Source: Camelus ferus (taxonomy: Eukaryota). From it: a stretch of 64,000 bases of DNA. Of this stretch, positions 25,201-40,200 are shown in pieces. How positions within the stretch are numbered: the stretch's first letter is position 1; each line of letters opens with the position of its first letter. The stretch lies in contig NC_045697.1 in assembly GCF_009834535.1 (NCBI RefSeq), forward strand, positions 70,248,001 through 70,312,000. Direction: 5' to 3'. The position numbers and the translations under genes were made by a program. A model generated the notes under the pieces. That model did not search any database. It saw only the letters and a program-made list of their open reading frames with translations, and had not been told where the DNA came from.

Positions 25201-28200
25201 TTAGGAGATGCTTCACAAGTGAAGGTTCAAACCTCAGTTTGTCTGACTTGAAAATGCTGCTGTCTCCAAATCAGAATAAAGAAAAGGAACCCACCCAGAT
25301 TCCAGAGCAACTGTCCGCTTCCTTCTGTTTGCTTTTCTAATCAGTATTTAAACAGACTGTTGGTTTTGGTACGCAGAACATGCTTTCTCTGACTCTCTTC
25401 TTGCTTAGTTTATACAATTTCTTCAGACCTCAGCTTAGGTCTTCCTTTCTCAAAAACTCAGATTCCTCAAGATTAAGTTCAGTGACCCTCTTATATTCTC
25501 CCAAAGCTATCTGAAAGTAGCCCTGTCCCAGAAATCACCACAATGCGCTGCAGCCGCTTACTTGTCTGACTACTCTTGCGGACTATCAGGCCACTTGAAA
25601 GCAGGCATTGAGTCCTGCTCACCGTATGTATTGAATGGATGGACGGATGAATGGATGGATGACTGGCTCAGTTTGAGGGCAAAAATGGTGAAGATTCAAG
25701 TCATTTTTGGACAAAAGGTAATAAGTGCTGTAAGAAAAATGTAACTGCCACCAAAAATCAATTTGGAATAGAGCATAAAACTGTGGGACAAGGAATAGAG
25801 CTAAGAATACTGTCTAACAGATACTACCTGAGTGCAAAAACCAAAAGTCAGTAATACACAAAATACTAAATAATCCTAAAATCATTATACTATTTGGTTT
25901 GAATGCATACAATGTTTACTTATGTACCAGATTAATCCTCTAAAATTGTTTCGTTGATATTTCCTGAGCACAAAAGCCTAGGCAACAGAAAAAGGTAGCC
26001 CAGGAGAGGGCTGCCGGATAGTGTAGGGAAATTAGGTTGGAATTCACAATCTTCTAAAGATGAATCATAAAGCTAAGAATTGTTACAAAGAGAAAAAAGG
26101 TAGGAAAAACAGTTATTTCACTAATTCTTAGCTGTATCTAGCTCTACTGTATCTTCACTGCACTGAATTTTTCATCATATATTAGAGGAGAAATCCTTTG
26201 AGAAGTCAGGAGAGAGGCAAAAAGTCGACATCACCAATGGACAAGCTGTAGACCGCATATTTCACGTAATGTTACAAATATACTCATTTACCTAATTTTT
26301 CACATCTGAATGAGAAATTACCATTCACATATTAATTTTAATCCGTATACTCATCATACTTCTCTTCATCAGCTAAATGCATTTGTCACATTTTTTTAGT
26401 TCACTCTTTACTGAAAGATTCAAACCTTCTTCTCCATCCTCACCAAAAAATTATATTAAAAAAAAAAAAGAAAAAAGGAAGGGAAAAGAAAAGAAAAGGA
26501 AAGAAAAGAAAAGAAAAAGGATAATAAATTAAAAAGAGATAACTCACTACCTGCCCTGGAAGGAAAGGTTGTACAAAAAGGCAAGAAAGATTTGCCTGGG
26601 AATTCAACAAAGGAGAAGTATGTCTAGTTCAACTTTTATGTCTTCCTTTAAGTGCGTGCATAGCGGGGGGGGGGGGGGGGGCAGGGGGGGCCCCTTTCAA
26701 TTCTTTTTTTTTCATGTGTTATAGATGACTTTTAAGTTAATTCCAAATTCAATTTGGTGTTTAGGGAAATAATTATTTATTCCTGAGACAAAGGATTATT
26801 ATTTCATAAGTTTAGCAAAATGATTTGCTTTCTTTTCATTTAAAGAACTATAGTTAAAATCATATCCTAATGAAATCCTCATAATTCAAATAAGTTACCA
26901 GTTATAGAGAAGTGTTCCTAACTGATAAATATAATGATGTCCCAGTTAATGATTTCACACTGATCTTACAAATTTTTAAAATGTAAGTTGGGCTTTTTTT
27001 CAGTAAGATATTAAAAACCTCTTCAAATTAGATCCATGACACCTTTTGCTCTGTATTTTTTCAATATATCTCAACTCAAAGACAACAAACAGTGCTTAGT
27101 TTCACAGAATGAGTTTTACAAACAAAGTTACACACTTTTTCTTCAGTCTTACTGTAAGCTTCAGTCTTACTTATGCAATGGATGCAGTATTATTGCATGG
27201 CTTCTCCCATTGAGCCAAACTGTCACTGAGCAACTTGTTTGCATAATAGTGCTAACCAACAAGATAACATGGCTTTCTTCAGAAAAATCCCCTGTGTACA
27301 GGTAAAACAAACAAACAAACAAAACATACAGCACGTAAGTGTCTGCTGGTGATCTGCTCCCTCACTAAAGCAACACTTATTCTGAAGGCTAATACAATGA
27401 AAAAGTGTTACATGATTCAGCTAAGCGATTCTTATATAAGGTACCAACTGAAGTCTTTTGAGTAACTTTGGGATTCTATTAAAGAATGCTCTGATCATAT
27501 TAATCCCCCAAGGGAAAAAAACTGCATTTATTTAATAAAAAAGGTATGCTGAAACTATTGACCAGAGAAACAACATCTAATACAGGTAAACTACTAAGCT
27601 CATACTTGCACTCAGTAAGAATTCAGTCTCAAACCTACTTAGGTCCTCAGTGCTAACCAGCAATCCTCCCATTTCCTCTGCCTTTTCCGTCTCATACTTT
27701 CACCATTCTTCTCAAGCTTTCAATTTCATCTCATTTCTTCTGACTCTCAGAGGATAACCTCATCTGCAATTTCACAGAGAACATGGACCCAACCGACAGG
27801 AACTCCCTCAACATTGTATTTCCATCTGTCCAATTTTGGCCATATACAAAGTGGATCTGCACCCACCACGACCTTTCATTCTTCCATTCTCAAAATGTCC
27901 CCCTGCCCAAATACTAAAACAAAGAGAGGGCAAAGCAAAGCACTGCTCTTCTTCCCTTATTTCTACCATACTTTGAGTACTCCTCTTTTCCTTTCAAGCC
28001 TAGGGTAGAAGAAACGGAGAAAAAAGATTTAAAAAAAAAATAACACCAGATTTAGGAGATTCCTATTCTCCACAGTTTCAACTACTTTTTTTTGGGAGGG
28101 GGTGATATTTTCAAATATACAGGTGATTCTGTAGTGCTTATGAAAAAAATCACAAAAAGATTCTAAATAAAAATCACATATAACGCATTTAACTTTTTTA

Positions 28201-31200
28201 GGTCTTTTCATTGAGAACATGCTCTCCTAATAAAGAGTAATTTCCACAAGAATATACAATTTGTTTTCAGAGGGATGTAGTTTCCTGGAATACATTTCAG
28301 CACACTGTTTATTTAATTAAATCTTTTTCTTAAAGAAATTCAAAAGCCAGTCTCTCACTTATTCAGTCACCTCTGACACAATACTACAATTATAAAAGTA
28401 GTCAGCAACATTATTTATATTCTCAAAGCACTTCTCTACCATTCACGCTAACCAAATACCGTTTACCATGACTTTACAATGAAGGGGAGTCTTTGTTTCT
28501 TATTGTGGTCACACACAGACAAAATGTTACAATCAAGTTTTAGCACCTAAATATATAGGAAGAAAAGCAAAATATGAATACACTGATATTTGATTTAAAA
28601 ATGACTTCAATTCTAAATTCTGGTGAGTAAAAAAGAAAGAATAAACTAAACAGTAAAAATGAAGAAAAAAGGGTGAAAAAAGAAAGATTAAAAGAGAAAC
28701 AGGAAAGGGCAAAAGAAAAAAACAATCTAACTAGCTTTACCTACTCTTCATTTAAGCTAGGCCATTGTACTATAATTTACTCTCCATGTTGAATTATCTG
28801 ATTACTCTCTGTTCAGAGTCCTTCATCCTTACATTTTGGTTTCCCTAAGTAATTTCAGTACAACATCAATACAGCTTCCTTAAGCAGGAAACAAAAACAG
28901 TATTTCCTCTAATGTTTCATACTCAAAGGTACATTTTCTTTCCAGAAAATCTTCTTAATTATAAAACTAATAAAGCAAAATCCAGTTCATAATTTTCCAA
29001 TTCTACCTAATTCTTCTGCTTTCAGTAGAAGCGTATCATGAAGTAAAACTAAAACACTAAGACAAAATAACCAGAGTTAAGAAAAATATTAAAAGGAGAA
29101 GACATTATAGTATTTGCATATATATAAAGGTTAGTCTTAAAAAAAAGAACATAAATATGAAAAAAACCACTATCCTTCCTTAATATAAGCAGGAAATTGA
29201 AAATGCTGTTGCAACTGCCCTCAGTTCTCCTCATATGAAATTCTCCTGCCTTCATACATATATAAAACAATTCTTCATCCTCTTTTAATATTGTTATTTA
29301 ATAGTACAGTGTCAAAAATTGAAATAATTTTCCTCAAAAATTTTTTTCTGTAAGTAGCTTTGTGACTCATAGTTACTTTAAAAGATGGAATCTCCCAGAG
29401 AGTTGATACTTTACAGACTGATTTTATAAAGGATATATAGCATAAGACACCTGGAGTTCAATTCCTTGATGTCTGTTCTATTGAATTATAATTCAAACAC
29501 TTTTTTTAGGTGTTAGGACATTAAAATTACAGTAGTATCAACTATAATTGACACACAAGTCACGTTTATTCCTACCTGAGAACTCCTTCTACTTGGTCTT
29601 TGGTGTAGCCTTTTCCACTTTCACCACTCCCAGATGAGGGGTCCTTTGTGCAGTTAGGCTTGCTTTGATCACCACTACCTGACGATTTTCGGCAATGAGG
29701 GCTGTTCCCAGCAGTGCTTCCATTTTTCATAATTATTTCCAATAGTGCTGTAAAAAGATACAGAAAGCATACTCTGCCTGTTTACATCAAGGTACATAAA
29801 CATGATCTTGAGAAGAAAGTTATAAAACTGACAAATTAAGAACTGTGTATTCCAAAAAGATGCACCATAGAGTCTATTTAAATAGTAAGCATTCCCTTAT
29901 GTACTTAACTATTTACAGACCACTAATCACCACTTGCAAGTAGAATATTAAGACATTTAATGTCAATAACTCAACATTACTATCATCCAATTACTTATGA
30001 CATACTTTTGTTTGTCATATTACGGTGAAATGCAGAATGCCATAGAAAAAGATAGTGGGTCAACAAATGGTGCTGGGACAACTGGATATCCATATGCAAA
30101 CAATGAATTCAGACCTCTTCTTCACATCATACACAAAAATTAGCTCAAGATAGATCACATACCTAAATGTAAGAACTAACACTATAAAACTCTTAGAAGT
30201 AAATACGGGAGTAAATATTTATGACCTTAATTTAGGCAAAAATTCTTAGATATGATAAAAAAAGTGGCAAAAGAAAAAAAAAAAGAAGTTGACCTCATCA
30301 AAATTAAAAACCTTCACCCTTCAAAGAAAATCAATGCAGTAAAAAGACAATCCCCAGAATGGGAAAAAATATTTACAAAATCATGTATATATCTGAAAGA
30401 GACATATATCCATACTATATAAAGAAATCTTACAATTCAGTAATAAAAGGACCAAAAACTCAACTTTAAAAAATTGGGCAAAGGATCTAAACAGATATTC
30501 TCCAAAATAGATACACAAGTGACCAATAAGTACATGAAAAGTTGCCTAACAACAATAGCCATCAGGCAAATGAAAACCAAAACTACAATGAGATATCACT
30601 TTACACCCACTAGGATACTATAATCAGCAAGATGAACAATTACAAGTGTTGAATAGGATGTGGAAAAACTGGAACTCTCATACATTGCTGGTGGTAGTGT
30701 AAAATAGTGTGCCTACTTTGAAATATCATCTGGTAGTTCTTTAAAAGATTAAACATACAGTTACCATTTGACCCAACAATCCTATCCCTGGGTATAAACC
30801 CAAGAGAAACAAAAACATACATGTATATGAAAAATGGTTCACAAATGTTCGTAACAATATTGTTCATAATAGAACAAAAGTGGAAAAAATCGAAATGCCC
30901 ATCAACTGATGAATAAATATGTCCATACAGTGGAATGTTATTTGACAATTTAAAAAAATGAAGTACTGATATACATTACAACATAGATGAACTCTGAAAA
31001 CATGCTAAGTAAAAAAAGTCCGTCACAAAAAGACCACATATTATGATTCCATTTATACAAAATGTATAGAATAAGTAAATCTACAGAGACAGAATGATCA
31101 GATGTTGCCAAAGGCTAGTGGGGAGGGAAGAATGGAATTGGGGGAAAATGAGGAGTGATTCCTAGTGAGTTTCTTTCTGTAATGTTCTAAAATTAATTGT

Positions 31201-34200
31201 TGTAATGGTTGCACAACAATGTGAACCCACTGAATGGTACATTTTAAATGAATGAATTGTACGGTATGTGAATTTTATCTCAATAAAGCTGTCATACCTA
31301 TGTATTTTAAAAGATCCAGCAGTGTCATTGGCCAACTTGCAAACATACAGATATTTATTCTTTATAACTCTCTACCATTTCCTAGTTAATGCATTCAAGA
31401 GGTCACCTAAGACATAAGAAATTTGGTTTTTATAACAATCTAGTTGTAGATAATACAGAAAGGCTCTTAATTAGACAGCAATCTATTAGTTATTAAAAAG
31501 ATAAGCATAACATAAAATTTTTAACTATAGTGTAGCTCACATTGAATGCAATCACGTTAATGTTGAGAGCAGAAGCTAGCATAGTCTAGGGTGTAGTGGT
31601 TCACCACTTTTTAACATGAAAAATTGTGTGGAAATTCTAGGAAGACAGCAGCTTGAATTTTAAATCTCTTCAAATTGTCTCAGAAAATCAGAGCAATTAG
31701 ATAGCAAAATAAAAACCTCATGTACAAAGTCTCCAAATACAAGAAGGTAGGGACAAACCATCAATAGTTACAAGATCTATGTAGGTATTATCATCTGTGT
31801 GGGAAGAAGCAGAGAACAGTAACAGGGCATTTTACCAGCCCACAGAACAAAAGAACTCCAAAATAGCCAGCAGGGACTCTGCGAAGCTCAGCAGGCAAAA
31901 CTGAGAAAGGTGAGGGTTTTGGTCACTACAATAGCATGTGAGTGAAATGGTCCACAATAAACTATTAGGGGCATAGACTACCCTAGTCACTACAATTCTC
32001 AAAACTAATCAGTCAAAGCTCTCTTGCAGAACAAAGCCAAACCTAGGAGAAACTGCTGGGAACAGGATCCAGTCTGAAGAGGATATGGCAATAGAAAAAA
32101 AATGAAAAGAGAAACTCCAGATAAAGTAGGGAAGGAGAAAAGAGTGAGGAAATCTTATATATAGCAAGGTGACATATTTTCAAACATTACACAGAAACTG
32201 GAGAAGATCTCCATGTATTTAGAAAGGCTAACTTCACATAATAATAAGTAAAAGAAAATGATAGAAGTGATATCTGATACAAAGTTATATAAGAAAAAAG
32301 AGACTAGGAATAAACATCAGAACACAATGAAAGCACACTACAAAGACCTGTCGACAGAACAGGAAAACACTATAACCTACTATTTCAAGACAAACTGAAA
32401 AGACTTAAAAATTACACACCATACAAAAGAACAACATAAATTAGAATTAAAACAACCCCCAAAATTATCTATATAGAGCTCAGGTGATAAAACTACGGGA
32501 AAAAAATAAAAGGGAAAACCAATTCAAAAAAGAAGACTAAACTAGAAGAAACAAAGACTTAATAAACACAACAGATAACACTGTATAAATGAAAGAGAAT
32601 ATAAAAAGGGAAAAAATTTTAATTAAAACATGAAGAAGATAAATCAGAAAGAAAAAGGCAAATACTGAAGATAGTTAAAGAAGATCCAACATACATATGA
32701 GTCTTAAAGAAGATAAATAAGGGAAATAAAACCAATATAACAACAATTGGAGAAAACTTTTCTGATATAAAATCAGAAACTATATAATGAAAGGGCAAGT
32801 CACACACCTAAGAATACTGACCCACAAAAACCAACATTCGGCAACCATCAGAAATTTATTCTGAAAAGAATCACCAACAAATGCTAAAAGGAGTTGTTAG
32901 AAGTTTGTTGTGGAAAAGGACATTAACAGTTTCGAAGTATTTTCCCAAAAAATATTTATTAACTACAAAAGGGAAAAAAAGTAAGTTTAGAGTGGAGAAA
33001 CCTGTTAATCACCAAATTCACCAACTGAACAAACTTAACCACACCAGTAAGGACCAAATCAACATAATGTGTCTCCTGATATTACACTAAGAACACAACA
33101 TCACATCTACAGTATGCTTGCCAAAAATTCATATGAGGAAATGTCAGCCAAACCCAAATTAAGGGAAATTCTATAAAATAGCTGGTCTGGACTCATCAAA
33201 AGTGCCAAGATCAAGAAAGAAAAAAGATGATACCTAGAGAACAAAACATGCCAAATATAATGCCACATGCATCCTTTTTGCTATCAAAAACATAATTGGG
33301 GGAACTGGCAGAACTTGACTGAGGTACATGCATTAATTTCATAAATTTGATGCTTATGCTGTGGTTATTCAAGGGTGTTTTTGTCTTTAAAAACATACGT
33401 TGAATTATTTAGGGGTAACAGAACATGATGTCTATATCTCACTTGGTTCAGGAAAAAAACAGTTAAGAACAAATTGTGTGTGTATGTTGGGGAGAGGGGA
33501 CATAGCAGGGAGAGAGAGGTAGGGCATAATAAAGCAAATGCAGTAAAATTTTATCAAATAGGAAGCCTGAATGATATGTACATGGGACATTTATACTATT
33601 TTTGTGACTTCTCTGTAAATTTGAAAGTATTTCAAAATTTTGAAAAAGCTAAAATAGGGAGGGAAATGGAGAGAGCATATGCAAAGAAAATTTAACTGTT
33701 TTCAGTAATTTTATTAGTGGGTAGTATTGGTAATATTACACTGAAACTATTATGCATAAGATGTGGCATAAAGCAAATAAATAATCAAGACATTCTATCA
33801 TTTGCCATGGCCTTGAAAACCAAGATTACTATTGTGGAAGGAAAAAGAAATATAAGCTAGAAAAGTTTAAACACCCCAAAGTGCTTACCTTGAACTAGAC
33901 TTCCAGTATAAGCTTGTAAGATAGTTTTTAGCTTAAAAAAAAAAAAAAATCCTGTAGTCTGTACACTGAAAAGGCCCAAAGACAATGAACAATCTTAGTC
34001 ACAGAATCCCTAGTACCAGATGGTGATACTGAAACACCATTTTCCATTAAAATAAACCAGGGCTTATTGGAAACATGGCTGACTCCAGGTCTAGCACAGG
34101 GGATGTACAAGAAGAACCTGAAACTTTCTGTCATACCGAAGAGCAAGGTAACTATTAAAGACCATGGAGAATGTGCCTATAGGACTCAGGGGTGAACCTA

Positions 34201-37200
34201 AAGGGGGTTCCCACTGGCCAAAAATCTAAAAAATAATATTCTGTATCCCCTTTCATTCTCAGCACAATCTCTCAGTGTTTTTCTAGACATCTTCCATGCT
34301 AATAGCTAGATGCTAAAGCAAGATCATACATAGAGTTGTTTTAGATTTTCAACAATTATGATAGTGAAAATCCTTCTACAATTTCATGCATAAAGGCTCT
34401 GCTTAACAATGGCTATGTGTACACATTCACTCATACCAAACAGTCTGTGACTCCAAAGAGTGAAAATTTGGACAAGTCCCATTACCCCTGGGACTCAATA
34501 TCCAGTTGTCATCTTAATAATGGAATCAGCAAGGTTTTCTGTATTAACAATCATTGGAACCAATGCCTGAGAAGGTAATGTGATTCAGTTCAAGTACTGC
34601 CAGAATTTAGAACACACTGGCTTTTTCTGATTTATTAAATGTCTTGGCTATCATATGAGATCTCATTGACAATAATGTGCAGTATTACAAACATTAGTTG
34701 GGCAGATACAGTACTTATAAACCAGATTACTTTTGGTTTTAAAACTATCAAACCTTATTTTATCCATTCATTTTCCAGACATACTGCTGTGCTTGGGGTT
34801 TTAATTTTAAGCTAATCTGGATTTACGTATACTCCATGTTAAAGACCAGTGAAGAAATATGTTAAAAATGTTTCTGTGGATAACCAAAGGTGAAGAACCA
34901 AGATCTGTTTTTATTTCATAAGTTTCTGCTGCACACCTGTTTTGTATAATGTCCATCATTTAATGAACCTAAAATAAGAACACATGATTTGAAAAACAAA
35001 TGAATTTTTTTCCTTCCTCCTCACAACTGGAAATTGCTTTTATTTGTGATTATAAAAGTGATGTTGTTCAGCTCACTTAAAAAGATACAACAAAGTAAAG
35101 ATAACTTATAAATCCCACACAAGAAAAAAAAAAATCACTCAACCATTTTGGTACACTTAACTCTGGTTACTCCAGTTGTCTAGCTATCTAGCTTTTTAAA
35201 TATTCTGAAACAAAACTAGAATAATCTACATATGTTGGTAACCTATCTTTATAAACTGATAATTCACTGTATATATCATCTCATAGCAATAAACTAGATC
35301 CACATGATTTTTTTTTTTTTAAGAACTTATTCAGGACTATTGCAAGAGGGGAGAGAGTAGGCTCAACTGCAAATTCAGCAAAGACAGCTGAGACTTTGTA
35401 GCCAATGAGCAGGGTGAGGTCGGTCAGTGGATGGAAAATTACTGAGGCACGTCATTGTCTTTAATAAGTGCACAGTATATGAATGCAATGCAATTTATTT
35501 AATCATTTCCACTGATGGACCCTTTTTAAATTTTTGCTACAGTGACAACCCTTATATATACGTTTTTGCACACATGTCTGATTATGGAAAAGCTTCATTT
35601 GTGGATATATTACCATGAAAAGCCTTAAAGCTATAACTTTTCATTTAATTATTTAACAAATTGTCTTCATTGATAAGGGAACAAAATTATATAAACAAGC
35701 ATAATTCCAGAAAATCCAGGCTTATGACACCACAAGTATATGCAAAACACTATTAGGCCCCACGGGAGTAGAAAAGATGATTAACATTAAAATGATTCCT
35801 GACAGTAGAGGAATTTTTAATCTAGGAGAGGGACAGCCATACACATAGATAATACAAGGAATGAATGCAAGGCAGAGAGAACTGCACGGTAACTAAGAAT
35901 GGAATGAGTAGCTGAATCCAAATGGCGATTAATCCTAACTTAAAGCAATTATTTTATGCTCAAATAGCTAACATTAAAAAAATGACAGCAAAGAGACAAA
36001 TATTACATTGTTAACTCCAAGGCACAATCCAAATACTTTTGCTGTGCTAGTAATACATGACATTCTTACAGCATGCGATAAAATATCCTTATAATAATTA
36101 TGTAAACAATAGGCAAGAAGACTGAGGAAAGCGGAATGACAGGAACTGAGTCATTTTTGTGTCCAGCAGATACTTTATATTTCATTCCTCTGGAATGTAA
36201 GATCCAAGAGGACAAGAACTTTGTCTTACTGTTCATTGATTCCCTAGCTCTAAAATAGTTCCTATCACAAAGAAGTACAGATTCAGTAAATGTTTGTTGA
36301 ATATCCCCATTTTATAGATGAGGAAATTGAGGCTCAGATAGACAGTTATGGATGCAGGGGCACACTTAAGGTTCAAAACCAAATTCAGTATTCTTTCTTC
36401 AATTATAACGTCTGAAATAGATTAGTTATTAGCTGAATTTTGGAAATCATTTTATAAAAATAACACTTAACTTGGTGCTATCAAAATAACTGCTTGGAAT
36501 GTATAATTTGCACTCATCACTAAATTTCAATTAAGCCAGAAATAAAAAGAAAATCTTATTGTCTTAAAAGGAATAGGCTGGATAATACTCCAGAATGTGT
36601 AATAACAATTTTAAAAGCTTTATTTTACCATTTTAAGTGAGACAAAAGGGGACAGAACTTTGAATTTTTTATTAGATTTAAATTTTAAAATAATGTAGCA
36701 AGAAAAAAGGAAGCAAAATCTACACACATCTCTCTCACATGAGGGAAAAAAAATAAAAAGAGGACTATTTTAATTGCTATTGAGCAGATAGATGCTGCAA
36801 ATTATACATGAGTTATCCATTAAAGGAGACACAAGATGGCCTTTTTTGAAGCTGTAGGCTGTCAATTGGTTCAAATTACTATGAAATTCTTGAAAACAAA
36901 AATGCCTTTCTCTGAAAAAAAAAAAATCTGTACTTCAAATTGCCCCAATTAGTATGAAACACTAAAGTATTAAAAAAGCAATGTAAAGCATTAAAAGTGA
37001 GACTGTATCTCTCTCTGAAAATCTAAAACATATTAATAATCCAATAAATATACAGTTTAAGACACTGAAATGTAATTTACTTTCTCCTGCTAACATATTT
37101 TTCCAAAATATTTACATTTCGTATGTATTAGTCATATGTATACCAATCCTTTCAAACGTAAATTAAACTCATAGTGTAAAATATCTACAAGCTGTAAAAC

Positions 37201-40200
37201 TGAATTCACTTAGAAGTCCACTGCAATAAATAAACTATACAGTAATATTCTCAACTAAATACTTAGAAAGCAACAATGTCCTAGATTCATCTGAAGATAC
37301 AGTTTTTCCTCAATGAAAACTCTTGCCAATTTTTTAAGTGGTCTATCAATCAGACTTCTCATCTGGCAAGAATAAAATGTAAAGAGGACAAAAATTCTGA
37401 AATTTAGCTACAATTTAGTCTCATGTTTTCCCATTCACTGTATAAGAATAAGAGAAATCAAATGCAATGTTTTATTTTGCCTACCTTAATGTGAAAACAC
37501 ATCCAGAGGAACATTTAGTCAAAGCTCTGAGTTACAAGGATTTGAGAGTAGTTTAGAATAGTTGAAATTCAGGGATAAAAATTTTAAATTTCATTTTAAT
37601 CAATAGCTTCAATTCCCTTCTACAATAAATATTTTATCAGGAGCTTATACAAATGTTCTAGACCTTTCCCTCCCCTGAATTCTTAAATTATTTCAGTAAA
37701 CATCTTCGGAGAACATTCTATGTAAGACACACTTTGCTAAGTATCTGCACAAGACTTATCTCAGCTAATGTTCACATCAACCCTACAATCAAAGCTTCAT
37801 TTTACATATAACTAAAAAAGGCTTGGCAATGCTAAGTAACTCATCCTTGGTTATAAAGCTGTTGGAGGCGAAGTCTGCATCTGAATGTTTTCAGGCTACA
37901 CCACAACTGTACCCAATGACTTTATTTGGTAATCACATATTGCCTTACAAACATTATACTATTAACTTTCACTATTATTTTCTTTATTTGCCCTATATTC
38001 ATGTCTTTAAGGGCAACAATTGTGTTGTGCTTTGATATCTTACAGCGTCTTTAGTAGACTGAAGTTGCTTGTATGATAGAATGACAGGCTACAAGTTTAA
38101 AAATTTTCGAAGCCTCACATTTGTTAAATGGAAATAATACCAAAGTAATTGAGTGCTTGCTGTTAAATGCCTCCATGTATTAACTCATTCAATCTTTATA
38201 ACAGGCCTATGAAATCAGTACATTTTTGTTCTATTTTGCAGACAAAAAAGCTAAAAGCTAGAAAGGTTATCTAACTTGCCTAAGATTAAGGTTACAAGCT
38301 AGTTTTGGCCTAGGTTTCAAAACCCAAGGTATTCTGTCTCAAGTGGTTACCTGCTTAACATTAAATCTGTCCTTCTAGTACTAGATAATGACTAAATGAA
38401 ATCATGTATTCATACAGTAGGGAAATTTTTAAAGTTTTAACTCTGGGCAGTGATTTCTTGGATGTAACATGAAAAGCACAGGCAATAAACACAAAAATTC
38501 ACAAGTGGGACTATATCAAACTTTAAAACTGTGCACCAAAGGAAATAATCAATAGTATGAAAGACAACCTACAAAATGGGAGAAAAGAAATCTGCAAATC
38601 ATATATCTGATAAGGGGTTAATATCTAGATTATATAAAGAACAACAACTCAACAACAACCAAATAACCTAATTACAAAATAGGCAAAGACTTGAATAGAC
38701 ATTTCTCAAAAAATGATATAAAAATGGCCAAAAAGCAAATAAAAAGATGCTCAACATTACTAATCATTAGAGAAATGCAAATCAAAATCACAATGAGAAT
38801 ATCACCTCACACGTATCAGGATGGTTATCAAAAAGTAACATCCAAAAAAAAAAAAAACCAAACAGAAAATAACAAGCATTGATGAGGGATGTGGAGAAAC
38901 TGAAACTCTTGCACACTGTTGGTGGGAATGTAAAATGGCATAACTACTATGAAAACAAACAGTATAGCAGTTTCTCAAAAAAAAAAAAAAGTGAAAACAG
39001 AATTACCAATATGATCCAGCAATCCCATTTCTAGGTATGTATCCAAATGAATTGAAAGCAGGATTACAAAGAGATATCTGCAAACCCATGCTCATAGCAG
39101 CATTATCACAATAGCCAAGACATAGAAACAACATAAATATATTAATAGATCATGAATGGATATTGAAAATGTGGTATAGACATGCAATAGAATATTATGC
39201 AGCCTTTAAAAAGAGGAACTCCTATCATATTTATGCTACAACATTGACAAACTTCAGGGACATTATGCCAAGTTAAAGATGCTAGACAAAAAAAAAGGTC
39301 AATACTATATGATTTCACCTATATAAGGTATCTAAAGTAGCCAAATTTTTAAAGAAAGTACAATGGTGATTGCCAGGGGCTGGGTGGGTGGGGAAAATGG
39401 GAAGTTGTTTAATTTGCATAGTTTCAGTTTTGTAAGATGAAAATTCTGGAAATCTGTTGTACCACAATGTGAAAACGGCTAACACTACTGAACTGTACAC
39501 TTAAAAACGGTTAAGTTAGTAAGTTTTGTTGTGTTTTTGCCACATTTTAAAAAAATTAACTCCTTTTGTTTCATTTTCCTCTACTGTCCTCTCTGGTACA
39601 GTATTCAACAGTATTCAATGTAAAGAAAAGAATAGAGAAAAGTAAAGAATACAAGGGCTTCAACAACGTAGAAAAAAATTTAGAAAATAAGAATAAAACA
39701 GGTAGCCTGACAGTCTTATTGATTTACTGGTAATTTTCTTCTTAACCTGGAAATACCTTGAACCTCAAGTGAAACAGTATCCTAATGACCAGGCAATGGA
39801 ATGTAGTGGTTAAAGGCCTTTCGGAGCTGGAAAGGTCAAGTACTATTCTGACTTTGTTATTAATTACTGTGTGACCTTGGGTAAGATAGTTTTTTTTTTC
39901 ATTCATTCATTCATTCATCAAAAAGTCTGTTTCCACATGAATAAACCCTGCCAAATGAATTCTAGGACTGTTCTGAGGAGTTAACAAAATAATCCATACA
40001 AACACTAAGCACTTTGTAAGTGCTCGACAAATGTTGGCTATAATTACTTTAAAGCCTAGAGAGCAGGACATGAACTGGCCGAATTCGACTAAACGAAGCT
40101 CAGTACTCGGTTCCTAAAGATGTGCCTCATTTGCTAATTATCAAATCAGATATTATTTGGCAAATCATTAGACTCTATCATTCTTACCAAATTTGTGCTC

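Noticed and set aside
30640..30948. 102-aa minus-strand ORF, and similar 60-105 aa ORFs in repeats (e.g. 38691..38882, 53092..53409)
   Set aside because: Sense or antisense translations of decayed L1; not host genes.
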